From Mytilus edulis (Eukaryota), in NCBI RefSeq assembly GCF_963676685.1, contig NC_092344.1, positions 104,532,001 through 104,596,000 on the forward strand: a stretch of 64,000 bases of DNA. The letters run 5' to 3'. Below are positions 29,198-43,600 of the stretch, one piece after another. Numbering within the stretch: the stretch's first letter is position 1; every line of letters begins with the position of its first letter. A program made the translations under genes and the position numbers. The notes beneath the pieces are model-generated. The model saw only the letters and a program-made list of their open reading frames with translations, made no database searches and had not been told where the DNA came from.

Positions 29198-32100
29198 TAT
29201 ATTGTCAAATTTGTCGACGTTTTCTACAAAATGATTAGATCGGTCGATTCAGATAATTTTGAGCTCGGAACATGGGCTCGACCATTGCTTTTATGAATGG
29301 CACAAACTTGAAGAATAAAAATCTTCAATTAACTACAATATTTGTTGAAATTGGCATGCGTAAGGGAGGCAACTCAAAATCAAATACATACTAATGCCAA
29401 AATGCAAAATTAGAGAATAAATGACAACTACGTACCTACAAGGACGTATAACTAACATATAATATACGTCCTTGGTACCTATTCCACAGACATTTTTTTT
29501 CCATAAAATTGACATTTTAATATTTTTGTTCTTTTTTCGGCATTCCAAAGTGATCTTAGCAATACCCTTAAACATATGGGAAAAATTCTGAAAAAATCAT
29601 CATTATGTAGTAAAAGGCCTTCATAATGACTTTATTTGGGAGGGCAAAGTTTTTTTCAGTTTTAAATTCGCATGCTAAAAAAAATAATATGGTAAGTAAA
29701 TAATCTCACTATTATATAGTAATACAAAAAAGAGTGTTTGATAATTGACTTCCAGGAGGGTAATCTCATTTACATAAATATCACATTATACAGAAATGCT
29801 TCCAGTGCTTCATGTACAAATAACTGACTTTTGAAATTATTATGTCCACTATATAGTTGAACTTGATACAAATACTTTTTTAAATTAAATTGGTGACCTT
29901 CATAGATAAAATATATTGAAAGTAATAAACTGAGAAAACGAAATTTATAAAAATATGTGATTTGTTAATGTCTGTGTCAGTCATTTTGGTCTTTTGTGGA
30001 TAGTTGTCTCATTGGCAATCATACCACATCTTCTTTTTTTATATGAAAGGCGCATGGATATTTGTCCATATCCTTTCCTTTTTTTTTTGTTACCCAGTTT
30101 GTGATGTTTAATAGTCTATATTTCATTAGAACATATGAAATTACAACTTATACACCGATTTCCATTTGACATTTAAAATATATTAGTCAGGCAACCGAGA
30201 CAAATCGTGCCCTGGATATCAATAAACTGATAGAGGTATACTTTGCCAGAAGGATTTTCAGAGAATGCAGATTTGAATATTTAACTACACATCAATAATG
30301 TTTCAATTTAATTTTTACAATTCTTTAGACATTTACATATGTTGCAGTAGTCTGAATAAGATTTGATTTGATGACTATTTGTTATTTGTTCAGTTTAGTG
30401 GCAAATATTTCATGATATTCATTCAGTTATCAAATTGAAATAGAATGATCATGGCATTCTTCATTTCCATAATCTTATACAGGACAGGCAGCCTATATGC
30501 ATCGACAGAAACTTGACGAGGGCGTGTTTAGTAGAGAAGATATTTTACCTCGGAATGGACCAAGTACGAACCCCTGAAATTCTATAAAGTCCACTTGCTG
30601 CCTCTCAACATTCAAACACTTTGTTGTTAGATCTATAAGCGCGCCTCTCCCGACAAAGTATTACAAAGATAACTGAAGATTAAATAACACAAGACAACTA
30701 TACATGTAGAAAAAAGAAACACGAGAAAACTATGATTTAAGCAACATCAGGGGAAATCTTTACAGTTAGAGCTGAACGAGAAAACTGAAGAGTAAGCAAT
30801 ACAAGAGATCGACAAATTGGACAAAACGATCTCCGTATTAATGCACTCATATATATGCCATGGAAACGGATAAATATGTGTTTGTCATTAATAGTACCAG
30901 TCATGTTGCTAATAGAAAGAAAAACATTTGGTGCCAAGTCGTCTTCAATGATAGTTATGTGAGAGATCGGCAATGTTATCTTCAAGATTCAATCAGCGGC
31001 TGAGCCATTCTCAAGCCGTTTCCTCCTCTTTTGTTTCAAATAAGGCAACAGTAGTATACCGCTGTTCAAAACTCATAAATCCATGGACAAAAAACAAAAT
31101 CGGGATAACAAACTAAAACCGAGGGAAACGCATTAAAGTTTGTGAATCTGGAGCCCCTAAAGCATACTACATAGGTTTGGTTTGTTCGCACAGTGATCTT
31201 ACGTTGCTTATATACCCACTACACACTTTCTTTGGCCTCTGTTGGATAGTTGTTCCAATCGTTTTATTTCCAGGAATTTTTTTGTATGATGCATAAACAA
31301 AGTTTTCACGTTACGTTAACTATAAGTTCAAAACCAGAGGATGATCATTCATTAGTTAAATTATAACAAACTGTTCATGAAGATGTGCCGGTCAATGGTG
31401 TGGTTAGTATTGCTCAGTGTTGACTTTTGTTTACTGTCGTTTTTTGTCATCAATATGTCAGTTTGTAAACGACTTCTAAGTTTATATATCACTTTGATAA
31501 CCCCCGCCTCTCTTGTATTTAAAGCGATAGGATTTTCTTTTTGTGTATCGTACCACGTATATTATAAGAATAAGATACGATTGTCAATTAGTAGACATAG
31601 CTGTTGTACGAGTGACAATGAGACAACTCTCCATCCAAGTCACAATTTATAAAAGTAAACCATTATAGGTCAAGGTACGGTCTTCAACACTGAGCTTAGA
31701 CTCACACCGAACAGCAAGCTATAAAGGTTCCCAAAAATACTAGTGTAAAAAACATTCAAACGGGAAGACGAACGGTCTAATATATATAAAAAACGAGAAA
31801 CGAGAAACTCTTATGAACCACATAAACAGTCATGTATCCACCAGAGACCAAAGGTAGAAAATATGAGAACTTCAACAATGAACAAATCCCGGATCGAATA
31901 ACTATTAAAGACTTTTGCATGGCTAAATGTGAAATAATTTAAATGAGAAAACCAATCGCCGTTTAGTAATCCTAAATACAAAAGGCAAACAATAACTATA
32001 AATGACAGCAACCAGCCACATCAATTAAATTGTAGCCTCTTGGCTTTGACAGGCACATAAGAATGTGACAGGGTTAAACACTTGTATTTGCCTTCAATAT

Positions 32101-32435
32101 TTCCTTTTATATGTGACAGAAACATATAAGAACAAATAAAAATCGAAGGGTTTGAATCATTAAATCGGCATAAAGCATAACAAAGTAAATAATAGAAATA
32201 AAATGACACAAAACCCTTAGTACCGATCTAAGAGTATTTGCAGTTACTGAAAACTAGTTGAATGTCATTTTCTCCTAATCAATAAACCATGTTTCACAGA
32301 CTAAAATATTTATCAGTTTTTAGGTTTCAATGTATAAAGACGTCATAAACAGTCGGAGAAAAGTACAACATTAAGCAGTGCCTACCTCTATATATTGAAA
32401 AGAAGAAGCACCAACAGTGTTCAGAACTGCATAAG

Positions 32436-33146
32436 AATAAAATTGAGAAAGGAAATGGGGAATGTGTCAAGGCGACAACAACCATAGATCAGACAACAGC
32501 CGAAGGCCACCAATGGGTCTTCAATGTAGCGAGAAACTCCCGCACCCGTAGGCGTCCTTCAGCTGGCCCCTTAAAAAATATGTATACTAGTACAGTGATA
32601 ATGGACGTCATACTTAACTCCGAATTATACACAAGAAACAAAAATTAAAAATCATACAAGACTAACAAAGGCCAGAGGCTCCTGACTTTGGACAGGCGCA
32701 AATTTGCGGCGGGTTTAAACATGTTTATGAGATCTCAACCCCCCCTAATACCTCTAGCCAATGTAGAAAAGTAAACGCATAACAATAAGCACATTAAAAT
32801 TCAGTTAAAGAGAAGTCCGAGTCCGATGTCAGAAGATGTAACAAAAAGAAAATAATTAAAATGACAATAATACATAAATAACAACAAACTATATACTACC
32901 AGTTAACTGACATGCCATCTCCAGACCTAAATTAAACTGATTGAAAGATTATGTCTTCATCATATGAATATCAGGCACAATCCCTCCCGTTAGGGGTTTA
33001 GTATCATACTTTCATAAAATATATGAGAAGAACATAACCCATGTCATGCCAACAACTATTTTACAAATAAATGTGTTTAGTTCCGATGCAAAGACCATAT
33101 AAGTGAATCAATATTAAAACCAAAATATGCAATCTTTAATGACCTT
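32436..33146 (-). mobile_element. Second, more truncated copy of the family 1 PLE (last ORF codons plus 3' UTR), with a mutated twister-like motif at 32674-32755
   Basis: The reverse complement aligns to ~17990-18700. Confidence 0.85.
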
Positions 33147-34794
33147 CTTAATAAGTCTGCATATTTAGCTTTTAATGTAAGCAAAGATAAAGAAAATTTT
33201 CAAAGATATAACTTGATGTTGAATTGACAACCTTCAAGCATAATATAATATTTGTTCCTTAGTGTCTTTCTTACATGTTTTTTATGGAAGATTTTCCTTT
33301 TACTCCATTTTATAAAATTTAAGAATTTGCTCTTGTAAAGATTCCAAATCTTAAAGCGCAAGTGCTACGTACTTCAGTTTATCTGGTCAATAAATAAAGG
33401 CAATGCTTGCATACCGCTGTTCGGTACTAGAAGTCACAAATCCATTTAACTAAAACAAATTCGGGTAACAAACCAAAATTGAGGGAAACACATCATCTAA
33501 TAGAGGAAAACAGGAATGTGTCAATAGTACACGGATGCCCAACTCGCAGTTATCATTTTATATATTCAGTGGACATTAGGGGCAAAACTCTAATATATTA
33601 TATCATAGAGAACATGTGTACCAAGCTTCAAATTGATTAGACTTCAACTTCATCAAAAACTACATTGACCAAAAAGTTTAACCTGAAGCGGGACAGACGG
33701 ACGAACGAACAGACGCACAGATCGGAAAACATAATTAAAAACGGAACAACAGAAATTCTGAACTGCTACAAAAACATTTTTTTTTGTTTTGTGTCGTCGG
33801 TGAGCAATTTTTGAATGTCTTCTGTTCATTGGTGATATTTAAAAATGAGTCGTTTTATATCAATTAATACAAGTTGTAAAAATCGTGCTTAGAATTTAAA
33901 CACTTGTGATACATGTTTAGATCTAAACGTGTTTAGGATATTGTTTAATTTCTAAACACATTTTTCAGTAAGCACATACTATTTAAATATGATGTGAATT
34001 TAAACACGTTTAAAAATGAAAGTGTATAGAAATTAAACACATTTCTCTAAGCTAAACACTATTCTAAACACAATCCTAAACACATTGTACTGAGACACGT
34101 TTAGATGTAAACACGTAAAAAAAAAAGTGCACAAAAGATGTGCTTATAATTGGGTTTAGGATCTAAACACCATTGTTATCGTGTAGTCAAAGTGTTATTT
34201 CTGAATTTAACCATTGACTGGTTCCATATATAACATCTATTTTGTCATTTATTTTAACCCTTTTAATCGTTTCTTCAAGAATTTTATGTACGCTTTATTT
34301 GCTATTTAATTTTCCGAGTCACATTTTCGAATTTGAATTTAGGACTGCACGCGCATTAGGCAGATGAATACATGTTCAATGGTTCAAAACCTCTTATTTT
34401 TTAAATGAGATTGGATGCTATTTTACTATCTGTATAAAATTAATGTAGTCTCAATATAAGAAAACAGTTACGGATGCCTACCTTATTTGAACACCGTCGT
34501 TGTATTTTGTAAATAAAATAAAAATGAGCGTTTGCTTATTTTTGCGGCTAACAAGTGATTTAACAAACACAAAAAAAATGAATTTTCTTCATCAACTGTC
34601 CGTCGATTACGATACTAAATTTATGCCAGTACTAAACATTAGAAAGTAAGCCAGCTTCCGAGCACAGTGACTCAATTAGCGTACATATGTATTTTTTGAT
34701 AAATGTATTTTCCCCCGGGTCTTTGAATAATTTGCCATAAACTGTTAACTGTTAACAACAAAAACCACCCATCAGATTTGCTGTATTCGATGTA

Positions 34795-35680
34795 GTCTCA
34801 CAAACATGTTTAACCCCGCCGCATTATGTATGTATGTGCCTGTCCCAAGTCAAGAGCCTGTGATTCACTGGTTGTCGTTTGTTTATGTGTTACATATTTG
34901 TTTTTCGTTCATTTTTTGTACATCAATAAGACCGTTAGTTTTCTCGTTTGAATTGTTTTACATTGTCAGTACGGGGCATTTTATAGCTGACTATGCGGTA
35001 TGTGCTTTGCTTGACTCGCGGGTCTAAATCATTTATATAGGATTTCTCTATATTTTTCTATAAATGAACTTTATCTTATAGTTAATAGAAAAATAAAATA
35101 AAAAAGTGGGGTTACCGTTCATTTGCGCTCACAATCTGCCTTCAAAAGAAGCATACATTTTCGTAAAGGTGGTTTTTTTCTGTTGAAGTAATAGGAGAAA
35201 TAAAAGTAATATCGAAATAAAAAATGAAATTTATTACAGAAATCGCTAAAATTTTACAATAATTTAGTTTAAGTACAGCTTATATGGAAATTATATTAAA
35301 AAAGATAGGTCACCGATGAGTTGAAAAAGATATTTCAATTTTAGAGCCAAAAAATGGCATTTTTCCACCAAAGGGAGATAATTTGGAACTTTTTCAATGA
35401 TGTATACATTTTGAAAGTCATCTGGGGCCAACACGAATTGATTGTTTTGAATGATTTTTGTACCATATGATAAAGTAACAACTACAAAAGGAAATAAATA
35501 AAATTTGTAATGAAAAACAAATGTTTGATTTTTTTCTGAAATTTTTATACCCTCGAGCCTCCTTAACGTCTCAGTATTGAAGGCCGTACGGTGACCCATA
35601 GTTGTTAATTTCTGTGTCATTTTGATCTCTTCTGGAGAGTTGTCTGATTGGCAATCATACCACATCTTTTTGTATTTTAT
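34795..35680 (+). mobile_element. Family 2 PLE-like 3' fragment with a 5'-truncated twister-like motif, interrupted by a Kolobok-like MITE
   Basis: aaacatgtttaaccccgcc..gcctgtcccaagtcaaga; homology to 38915-39310 stops at ~35010 and resumes at ~35575. Confidence 0.7.
35013..35566. mobile_element. Kolobok-like non-autonomous element with a damaged left end
   Basis: Right end ttttataccctcgagcctcc-TTAA; left end ctcgcgggtctaaa is an imperfect inverted copy. The agggtataaaa subterminal motif is shared with the 1740-5446 element. Confidence 0.55.
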
Positions 35681-37419
35681 TTTACACAATTTGCTCTTGA
35701 TCTTATTCAAATGCCAATCACCGACTGAAAGAATCCATAGGAAAGCTACAAATTTTCATAATGTTACTTTTAACTTTCTATCTGTTTGAGTCTCTTTCTA
35801 GTTTTGTTTTTGTGTGTGTTGTCATATATCTCATCGATAATAAACAAACTGACAATGTTCAATACGAAGCTGTCTTCGTCTTCAGATGGGTTTCCTTTTA
35901 ATATAATATAGCAGATTTACAAATTCATAAATACTGTTTTATTATACAATTAATATTACATTTTTGCATTAACATAAACCCACAACCTTCGACGAAATAA
36001 GATATAAATATGGACGCATACAGAATATGGCGTTAAATCTAAATCGTGTGTTACATTTTTGAATTGAAATAAGGTAACCTGCAAATAAAAGCAGATCAGT
36101 GGTTGGTATAAGTGATATTGAGCATAAGTTTTGATTCCTTACCAGGCATGTTCATATCATATATATCAAAATCACGTGTTTTTGAAATTCGTAAATGTTT
36201 AAGGAAATGTTATAATCTATTTATTATAAAAAAAATTAATCAGTCAACAATACAAAATAAATAATAGATTTACTTATTATATTCAAGTATTAGTATGCCA
36301 TTATGAACATAAACATATATATATAAACAATATCTTAATTATGGAAAAACATGGTTTAAATATTGAATGAAATAATTATACAGTTTTAAACAATGACACA
36401 CTACAACAAAATTCTAGATATTAAAATTGAGAATGGGAATAGGGATTAGGTCATAGACACAAAAGCCGAAGGCCACCAATGTTCGGTTATTTAAATTGCT
36501 GCCTCATTAACATTCATCGAAAATTGACCGATACATAGCATAAATCCCTAACTGTTTTGTTCGACGCGACCTTATTACGTTCTGTATTATGAAATGTTCA
36601 TACTATATATCTATAAACCACATAGTAAACTTTACTTACAGTTTTTTGTGAATTCATTTATTTTCTAGGGTCCCAATTTTCGTAGATTGATGGAAACTTG
36701 CATTTTCGTGGATATTTGATTGCGTAGTTCTGCCAAAGTTTACATACATTCTAATAAAAAAAATTGTAATTCGTTGTTCATAGGAATTAGCGGTTCCCAA
36801 AAAACAACGAAATCCACGAAAATTGGTATCAAGCGAATGAAACAAATCTTCAAATACATTAAAAAGAGAATTCAGGGGACAAAACAAGGAACTCGAACAA
36901 ATAATATTAATACTACAGTTTTGGTTTATGTCAAATCGTACTAGTAAACAATGGGACTATTTCATAAGGGTTACAATATCTTGCAACAACCGTCGACTTG
37001 GTAGGTGGACTATGCTAAAAGGTTGTATTTTTCGGTGAGGCTATTCTAAACCAATATTCATTATGTATTGTGCACTTTTAATACAATTATTTTTCTGTAA
37101 TATCGCATTATATATCAAGTGTTTAGTGTATTACTATATATGTGTCCCATTATCCTAAAATCAAGACAAGAAAAATATACATATCATATCTGGTCCCGAC
37201 TTTGATCGATAATGTCAAACTAGACAAAATTATTTTCATTCTCAAGTCAATATAACTTAAATAAATGTTTTCACTTTTGCAAAGAAATATTGTCAATTTC
37301 CCTTCTGTAGAGGCAATATCACTCTGGACAATACCAACATAATGTGACAGAGATTGGTCAAATGATTTCCCCAAATTTGAATCAAATTAAACAATGTCAG
37401 TTGTGATGAAAGTGTATCT

Positions 37420-37545
37420 ATGAAAATAAAGATTACAACTTTAAGTATCTATGAAACAAAGTGTACACGTATCTATGAAATAAAGTGTACAAGTATCTAT
37501 GAAATAAAGTGTACAAGTATCAATGAAAGAAAGTGTAAAATGAAT
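37420..37545. repeat. ~24-bp minisatellite (aagtatctatgaaataaagtgtac), about 5 units
   Basis: Visible tandem units. Confidence 0.85.
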
Positions 37546-37621
37546 GAAATTTGTTTCTCTCTCTCTCCCTTCCATAATAATTACATTCTAATAACGTATT
37601 CTTACAAATACAATTAATTCA

Positions 37622-40600
37622 TCATATAAAGTATTGTCTCCCTTGGTGTTGAGTTAAATTTGGTCTTGGTGGTACAGGCGGCGTTATGTCTTTATCTGGG
37701 CTATCATCATCAGCATCATATGAATGTCCTCCTTCCATGTGGTCCATACTTAGAAAATGTTCATCTTGAAAATGTACATCTCTCGTTGGTGGTTGACTTT
37801 TATATTGTACAAAAGACTCTTTCATGTCAATTCCAGAATCTGGAAATTGTACATACCTGAAAACGATTTAAGCAAATTATAGTGCGCTCATTAAATAGTT
37901 CAATTATTTTTTCAAAAGCTTTCATTCTTGGATGAAATTAAATATTCAATACCTTTAAATAAGATTAATTGGAATTCTATATATTAAATAGAAATTGGTC
38001 ACTCAGGATAATAGTTATTTAAAACAATTGAAATGGACTTTTAAAACGTCTAGTTTTAAATACACGTTTTAAATAACAGCAAGCCCACTCAGACACGATT
38101 TGAAAATGACTATTCGTAAAGTTGTTTTAAATTATCAATTTAGAGATAACTTTTGCATGTTTCTTACTTAACTCGTGATGTGTAATTTAAATCCAATTAT
38201 GCTGTGTAGTATTATAAAACTAGGAGTCTCTCTTAGGAATTTGAACTCCATTGGAATATAGTATATACCACTTACCTATCTGCATTAGAGCGTGGGTAAT
38301 TATAAGCATTGACATATGGATGTGTTGGTTTTTGTTGTAAAAATGGTCTTCCTTGTGGCTGGTAATACTGTTGAGTTGTCGTCCCTGATGTAGCACATGC
38401 TGAATACTGACATGGTCTTTGACCGGACCCTGTTAAATTATATAACAAAGGCTTTCTTACAATTGTTTCTTAATATTTATTATTCACGACTATACATTGT
38501 TTGTGCTTGAGGTACAATTTCAGAGAGATTCATACACTAACACACTAGGTATTGTCCGGAAACTACAAAAATGCTTGTTTTTGGCCCCTAATTCCTAAAC
38601 TTTGGGTACCATAACCCACATTGGCCAAAATCAATCCCAACCTTCCTTTTGAGGTATTGGACCTTCTTGTGAATTTTAATAGAGATCCATCCATTTTAAA
38701 CTAAAGTTATTGACCGGAATCCTAATGTGTCTTTGTACGAGGACTACGACGACGCACTCGACGCAGATGACTTCAAAGGAACCCTAAAGAATTTGCGGTC
38801 GTATAAAAATGCATTTAATAGGGAGCGTTCCATTAATATATATATATTGAAATTTCATTATCAAATATGTACTCGAAATGAAACTATGATGAATGATTTA
38901 TTTACATTTATCATGAAAATGACACAGAAATTACACAACTATAGGTCACCGTACGGTCTTCAACAATCAGCAAAGCCCATACCGCATAGTCAGCTTTAAA
39001 AAGCCCCGAAAAAACAATGCAAAACAATTCAAACGAGAAAACTAACGGCCTTATTTTTATAAAAAAAAAAATTAACGAAAAACAAACATGAAACACATAA
39101 ACAAACGACAACCACTGAATTACAGGCTCCTGACTTGGGACAGGCACATACATACATAATGTGGCGGGGTTAAACATATTAGCGGGATCCCAACCCTCCC
39201 CTTACCTAGGACAGTGGTATAACAGTACAACATAAGAACGAACTATAAAAATCAGTTAAAAAAGGCTTACATTGTAACTCATCAGATGGACAAAAAACAA
39301 GTGGACGTTGCCGGGCAATGTTTTAAAGATAGCAACACTATTCTTTTTAATATCGATCAGTAGATTAACAAGCACGTACATACAAAACATATTAAAGACA
39401 AGGAATTGTACTGAATTCTTAAAAAATAAAGTTATAGTTACTAACAAAAACACTAAAAACAATTATACCATATTAATAAGTGTTGTTTAAATCCAAAATA
39501 AACTTGCTTAAGGAGCAAATGTGTTGCTCTTTTTGTTTGTTTTCACTCATGTGTTTTCCTCGATTAATATTTGTATTTATATTCCTCTCTGAATATATTT
39601 TTTCAAATCATACTTAGTCATGGTTACAATAATTTGATCAAGGGGTTTGAATTATAGGCTTGATATAATGGTCATAACAAGACAGTTTGACGTTAAAAGT
39701 CTCCAAAAACACATGAAGTCATGATGCTCAAGCTGTTCTATTCCATGTCTGATATATCTACACAAGTGTTATTGAAATTCTATCTGATTTCACCGCCATT
39801 ATCTAGTTCAAAATTTTCAAATCACATTTAAATCAGATTGTTTTACTAGTTTTAATTCAATTAAAAGGGATGTAGGTTTACTCTATCGAATATGAATACG
39901 TGGGTTGGGCTTGAAGTTATATCTAACAATCTTTGTCGATGCAAAAAGTATCAGCCATGATTTAGATTCGGAGACTCTCTGCCTCAGGAGTATCAAACTT
40001 GTATATTAAATCGAATGTTTGATGCAAAGTAATAGAAATTCATTTGTGTTAATTGACAAGACTTTTTACTTGGTTTTAAATTCCAGACTAAGTTAAGCCA
40101 GGGAAACATTAGATATGACATGTATATTTTTAAAAGCAATTATGATTTTCTAATTCGTGCTGGCGACAATCAGGCTTTTACTAAATAATTGAATGGCTAT
40201 TAATCTTTACTAATCGTACGTTGCCAATTTAAACAGGACGCCAGTTTGCTTCCCAACATTTAATACATACTTTTATTAACATTAATATTTCAAAAGACTA
40301 ATAATTTGTTAATATTTTAGGAGCACATGATATGTTGCCAATGTTTTTACAAAAGGAAAGTATAATCCTTTTAGATTAAATAGAAACGCCCATACAAGTA
40401 TTCAATATATAGTTCAATACCTTCTGATTTGGGCGTGGATGAAGATGTAGCACTGCCTGCTGTATGTGCTCTGTTTGATGATGAAGAATCTGATGGGTGT
40501 TGCCGTTTCCAGCAACAATATGTTACCCAGCAAATAACTAGTATAAACGAAACTGTGCTAACAAGAGAACCAGCTATGATAACTGTGTCTCTTGTTCTTT

Positions 40601-43600
40601 TCTCTTCCTTCCTTTTTTCTTCGTTATACGATTCACCCTTTCGCTTTATACCGGAATCAGTGCCTACATAAATACAAAAATATTTCAACGTCATACCATT
40701 ATAAAAACCGAAACTGGTATTTGTTTCTATCATTGTGTTTATTGAAACATCGGGGGTGCTCCATTTCATTCTCATTCATGGAGTTAAGTATGTATTTTAG
40801 AGAACTAGCTTTCATGTAGTTTATTTATATAGAATACGTCGTGTAGTTTATAATTTGTAAATAAGTATTGTTTTCATGGTGATGAAAAAGAAATAAAATA
40901 TTTTCAATCTTATTCATCTGCAAAACATATTTTATCTTAATCTAACAGAATGTAATAACATTTATAATTGAGTAAATTATATTTATACCTGTCTGAATCT
41001 ACTATATAAACACAATTACTTTACTTTACGATGGAATGGTTTGTTTTATGATTGCTTCTTTGGTGGTGTAATAATCGAGCACACCAAAGGGTCAATCAAA
41101 CTATAAACGATTTCACCAACAATTTCCTGAAGTATTTGATATAATATAATGTTAACATTTTAAGACGAAAGTGTTCTGATTGAAGTTCACTTGTAATATA
41201 AGTAGCATACACTCCGTTTAATTAAAATGTTTCAGTTGTCTTCTTTAAGGGTTTAATAGTATACGAATTAAATCTGCCAATATTTTTAGTAATTCTAAAT
41301 TTGATTCCTTCGGTTTTCTAAGAAGTGAAATCACAAAAATACTGAAATCCGATGAAAATTCAAAACGGAAAGTCCCTAATCAAATGGCAAAATCCAAAAA
41401 CAAATCAAACGAATGGACAACAACCGTCATATTCCTGACTTGGTACAGGCATTTTCAAATGTAGAAAATTACGGATTAAACTTGGTTTCATAGCTAGCTA
41501 AACCTCTCACTTGTATGACAGTCGCATAATATTCTAATATATTAGCAACGATGTGTGAACAAAACAAAATACATAATAGGTAAAAGTGTCAAAATCAGTC
41601 AATATTGTGTTATTATCTTAATCACAACAAAAACAAACAAACATGTAAACACCTACCTTTAGTTGAATCCTCATCATGGGAACAATAAGAGGTCACCTCA
41701 AGGGTTATATCATAACCAGAGCCTTTATATTTTTTCAATTCAGTAAACTCTATTTTAATTTCATTTTTTCTTGAACACCATAATATAGGTGGAAAGGAAT
41801 GACAGTCAAAACTCTGAAACAAATAAGAATTTTAAAATTTAATTCTTAACTGATGTTCATCATATTCTTCACCCATTCCGTAGACATTGGTACTTTTAAT
41901 GGTTTTTTCATATTTTTGTAGTGGTTCACTGTAAAATATCTACATAAATACACACAGTTTCTCTCCTCAAACAGTGTCAACTATGCAATGTGCTGGACTA
42001 ACTTATTCCTTATACGTTTAATTACAGTCCAAAAGGGAGAAGATACGAAAAGGGGAGTTAATATTGAAAACTTTTATATAAATAAAACGAATTTGATCTG
42101 AATGATCAATAGATTTTCGATGGTAACATAGAGTTGAGTAGATGTCCGTCACTTAAGAAAATGTTTTTCGTTCATTTTTTGTACATAAATTAGGGCGTTA
42201 GTTTTCTCGTATGAATTGTTTTACATTGTCATTCCGGGGCCTTTTATAGATGACTATGCGGTATAGGCTTTGCTCATTGTTGAAGGCCGTATGTTGACCT
42301 ATAGTTGTTAATTTCTATGTCATTTTGGTCTCTTGTGGAGAGTTGTCTCATTGGCAATCATACCACATCTCCTTTTTTATATTGAACGCTCACACACATG
42401 CATGTGTTTGTTACAAATCAGGAGCCTGTAACCCAGTCGATCTTGTTGATTGCTGTGTGCAATTATTGTTTCGGTTTGTTTACTATACATCAGGCCACTT
42501 GTTTTCTTTTTTATGTATGCCATCTTTATAGCTAGTATACGATATAGGTTTCGATCATTGTAAAAGGTCATACGCAGACCTCTTATTGTTCACATTTTTG
42601 TCTTTTGGTGGAATCATATCGAACCGCATCGGTTGTGAACTTGTTTTAAAAACCCAAGTATATGAATTATATAAATAATTAATCAAAATAGTATTACTAC
42701 CCCACCCCAACCCCATCCTTCCCCGGAATATCAAATGTTCGTCTTATTTCACATGCCATCATAAAACTTTACTACTTCGATTTTCGTGATCAAAGTATAG
42801 AACTATTAATATAATACTTGAACAAACCAATGAATAGCCAAACTGTATCGCAATGGAAAACACCTGCAATGTTGTCCTTTTACACAAAACTCATATGGAC
42901 AAAAACATATAACGATATTTAGCCCAATAAAGGGATAACAATACTTTGAGATTAAATTGGAAAACTTGTCAGATTTTATATCTTTATTCATTTTCTAAAA
43001 CCAGTTATTGGGTTAAATTCTCACCTGAGCATTTAGATCTCCAAGACCATCATAATATGTCATTCGAAAATCACAGCTTTTCATAGAATTATTATGAACA
43101 CGGACACACAAACTAACACAAGGTTGTCCGACAATAGCATCATTCCAGTCCAGAAATCTAAGTTCACAGTTACGACTGTATATTTTATTCTGTGCTCTAA
43201 TTATATACAAGGTATCCATATCATAATATAAAGGCTGTTTGCAAATATTTACATCATTTGCATTAACTGAAATAAATAATTTGTATATGCTAAGCTTTAC
43301 CATATTAACTTTTTTTTTTAATGAAATACATGGCATACATCATACACATTTAAAACTTATAGATGGTATGAAATTAAGAAAGACCAATTTCCTTGAGTTT
43401 GTTTAATATACTAATTATAAAAATTAAAAGATGTGGTATGAATGCCAAAGAGACAACTCTCCAAAAGAGACCAAATGACAATGAGCAAAACCCATACCGC
43501 ATTGTCAGCTATAACAGGCCTCGAAAAGACAAATGTAAAACAATTCAATTGAGAAAACAACCTAATTCATATATTATGTAAAAAAATTATTGAACGAAAA

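Noticed and set aside
36000-36085. Possible extra terminal exon of the membrane-protein gene (acceptor-like site at ~36078)
   Set aside because: The exon at 37856 reads to a stop at 37622 with no suitable donor.
34806-39177. Similar short ORFs MFNPAALCMYVPVPSQEP (34806-35027) and MFNPATLCMYVPVPSQEP (38911-39177)
   Set aside because: They are translations of the twister-containing repeat, not a protein family.
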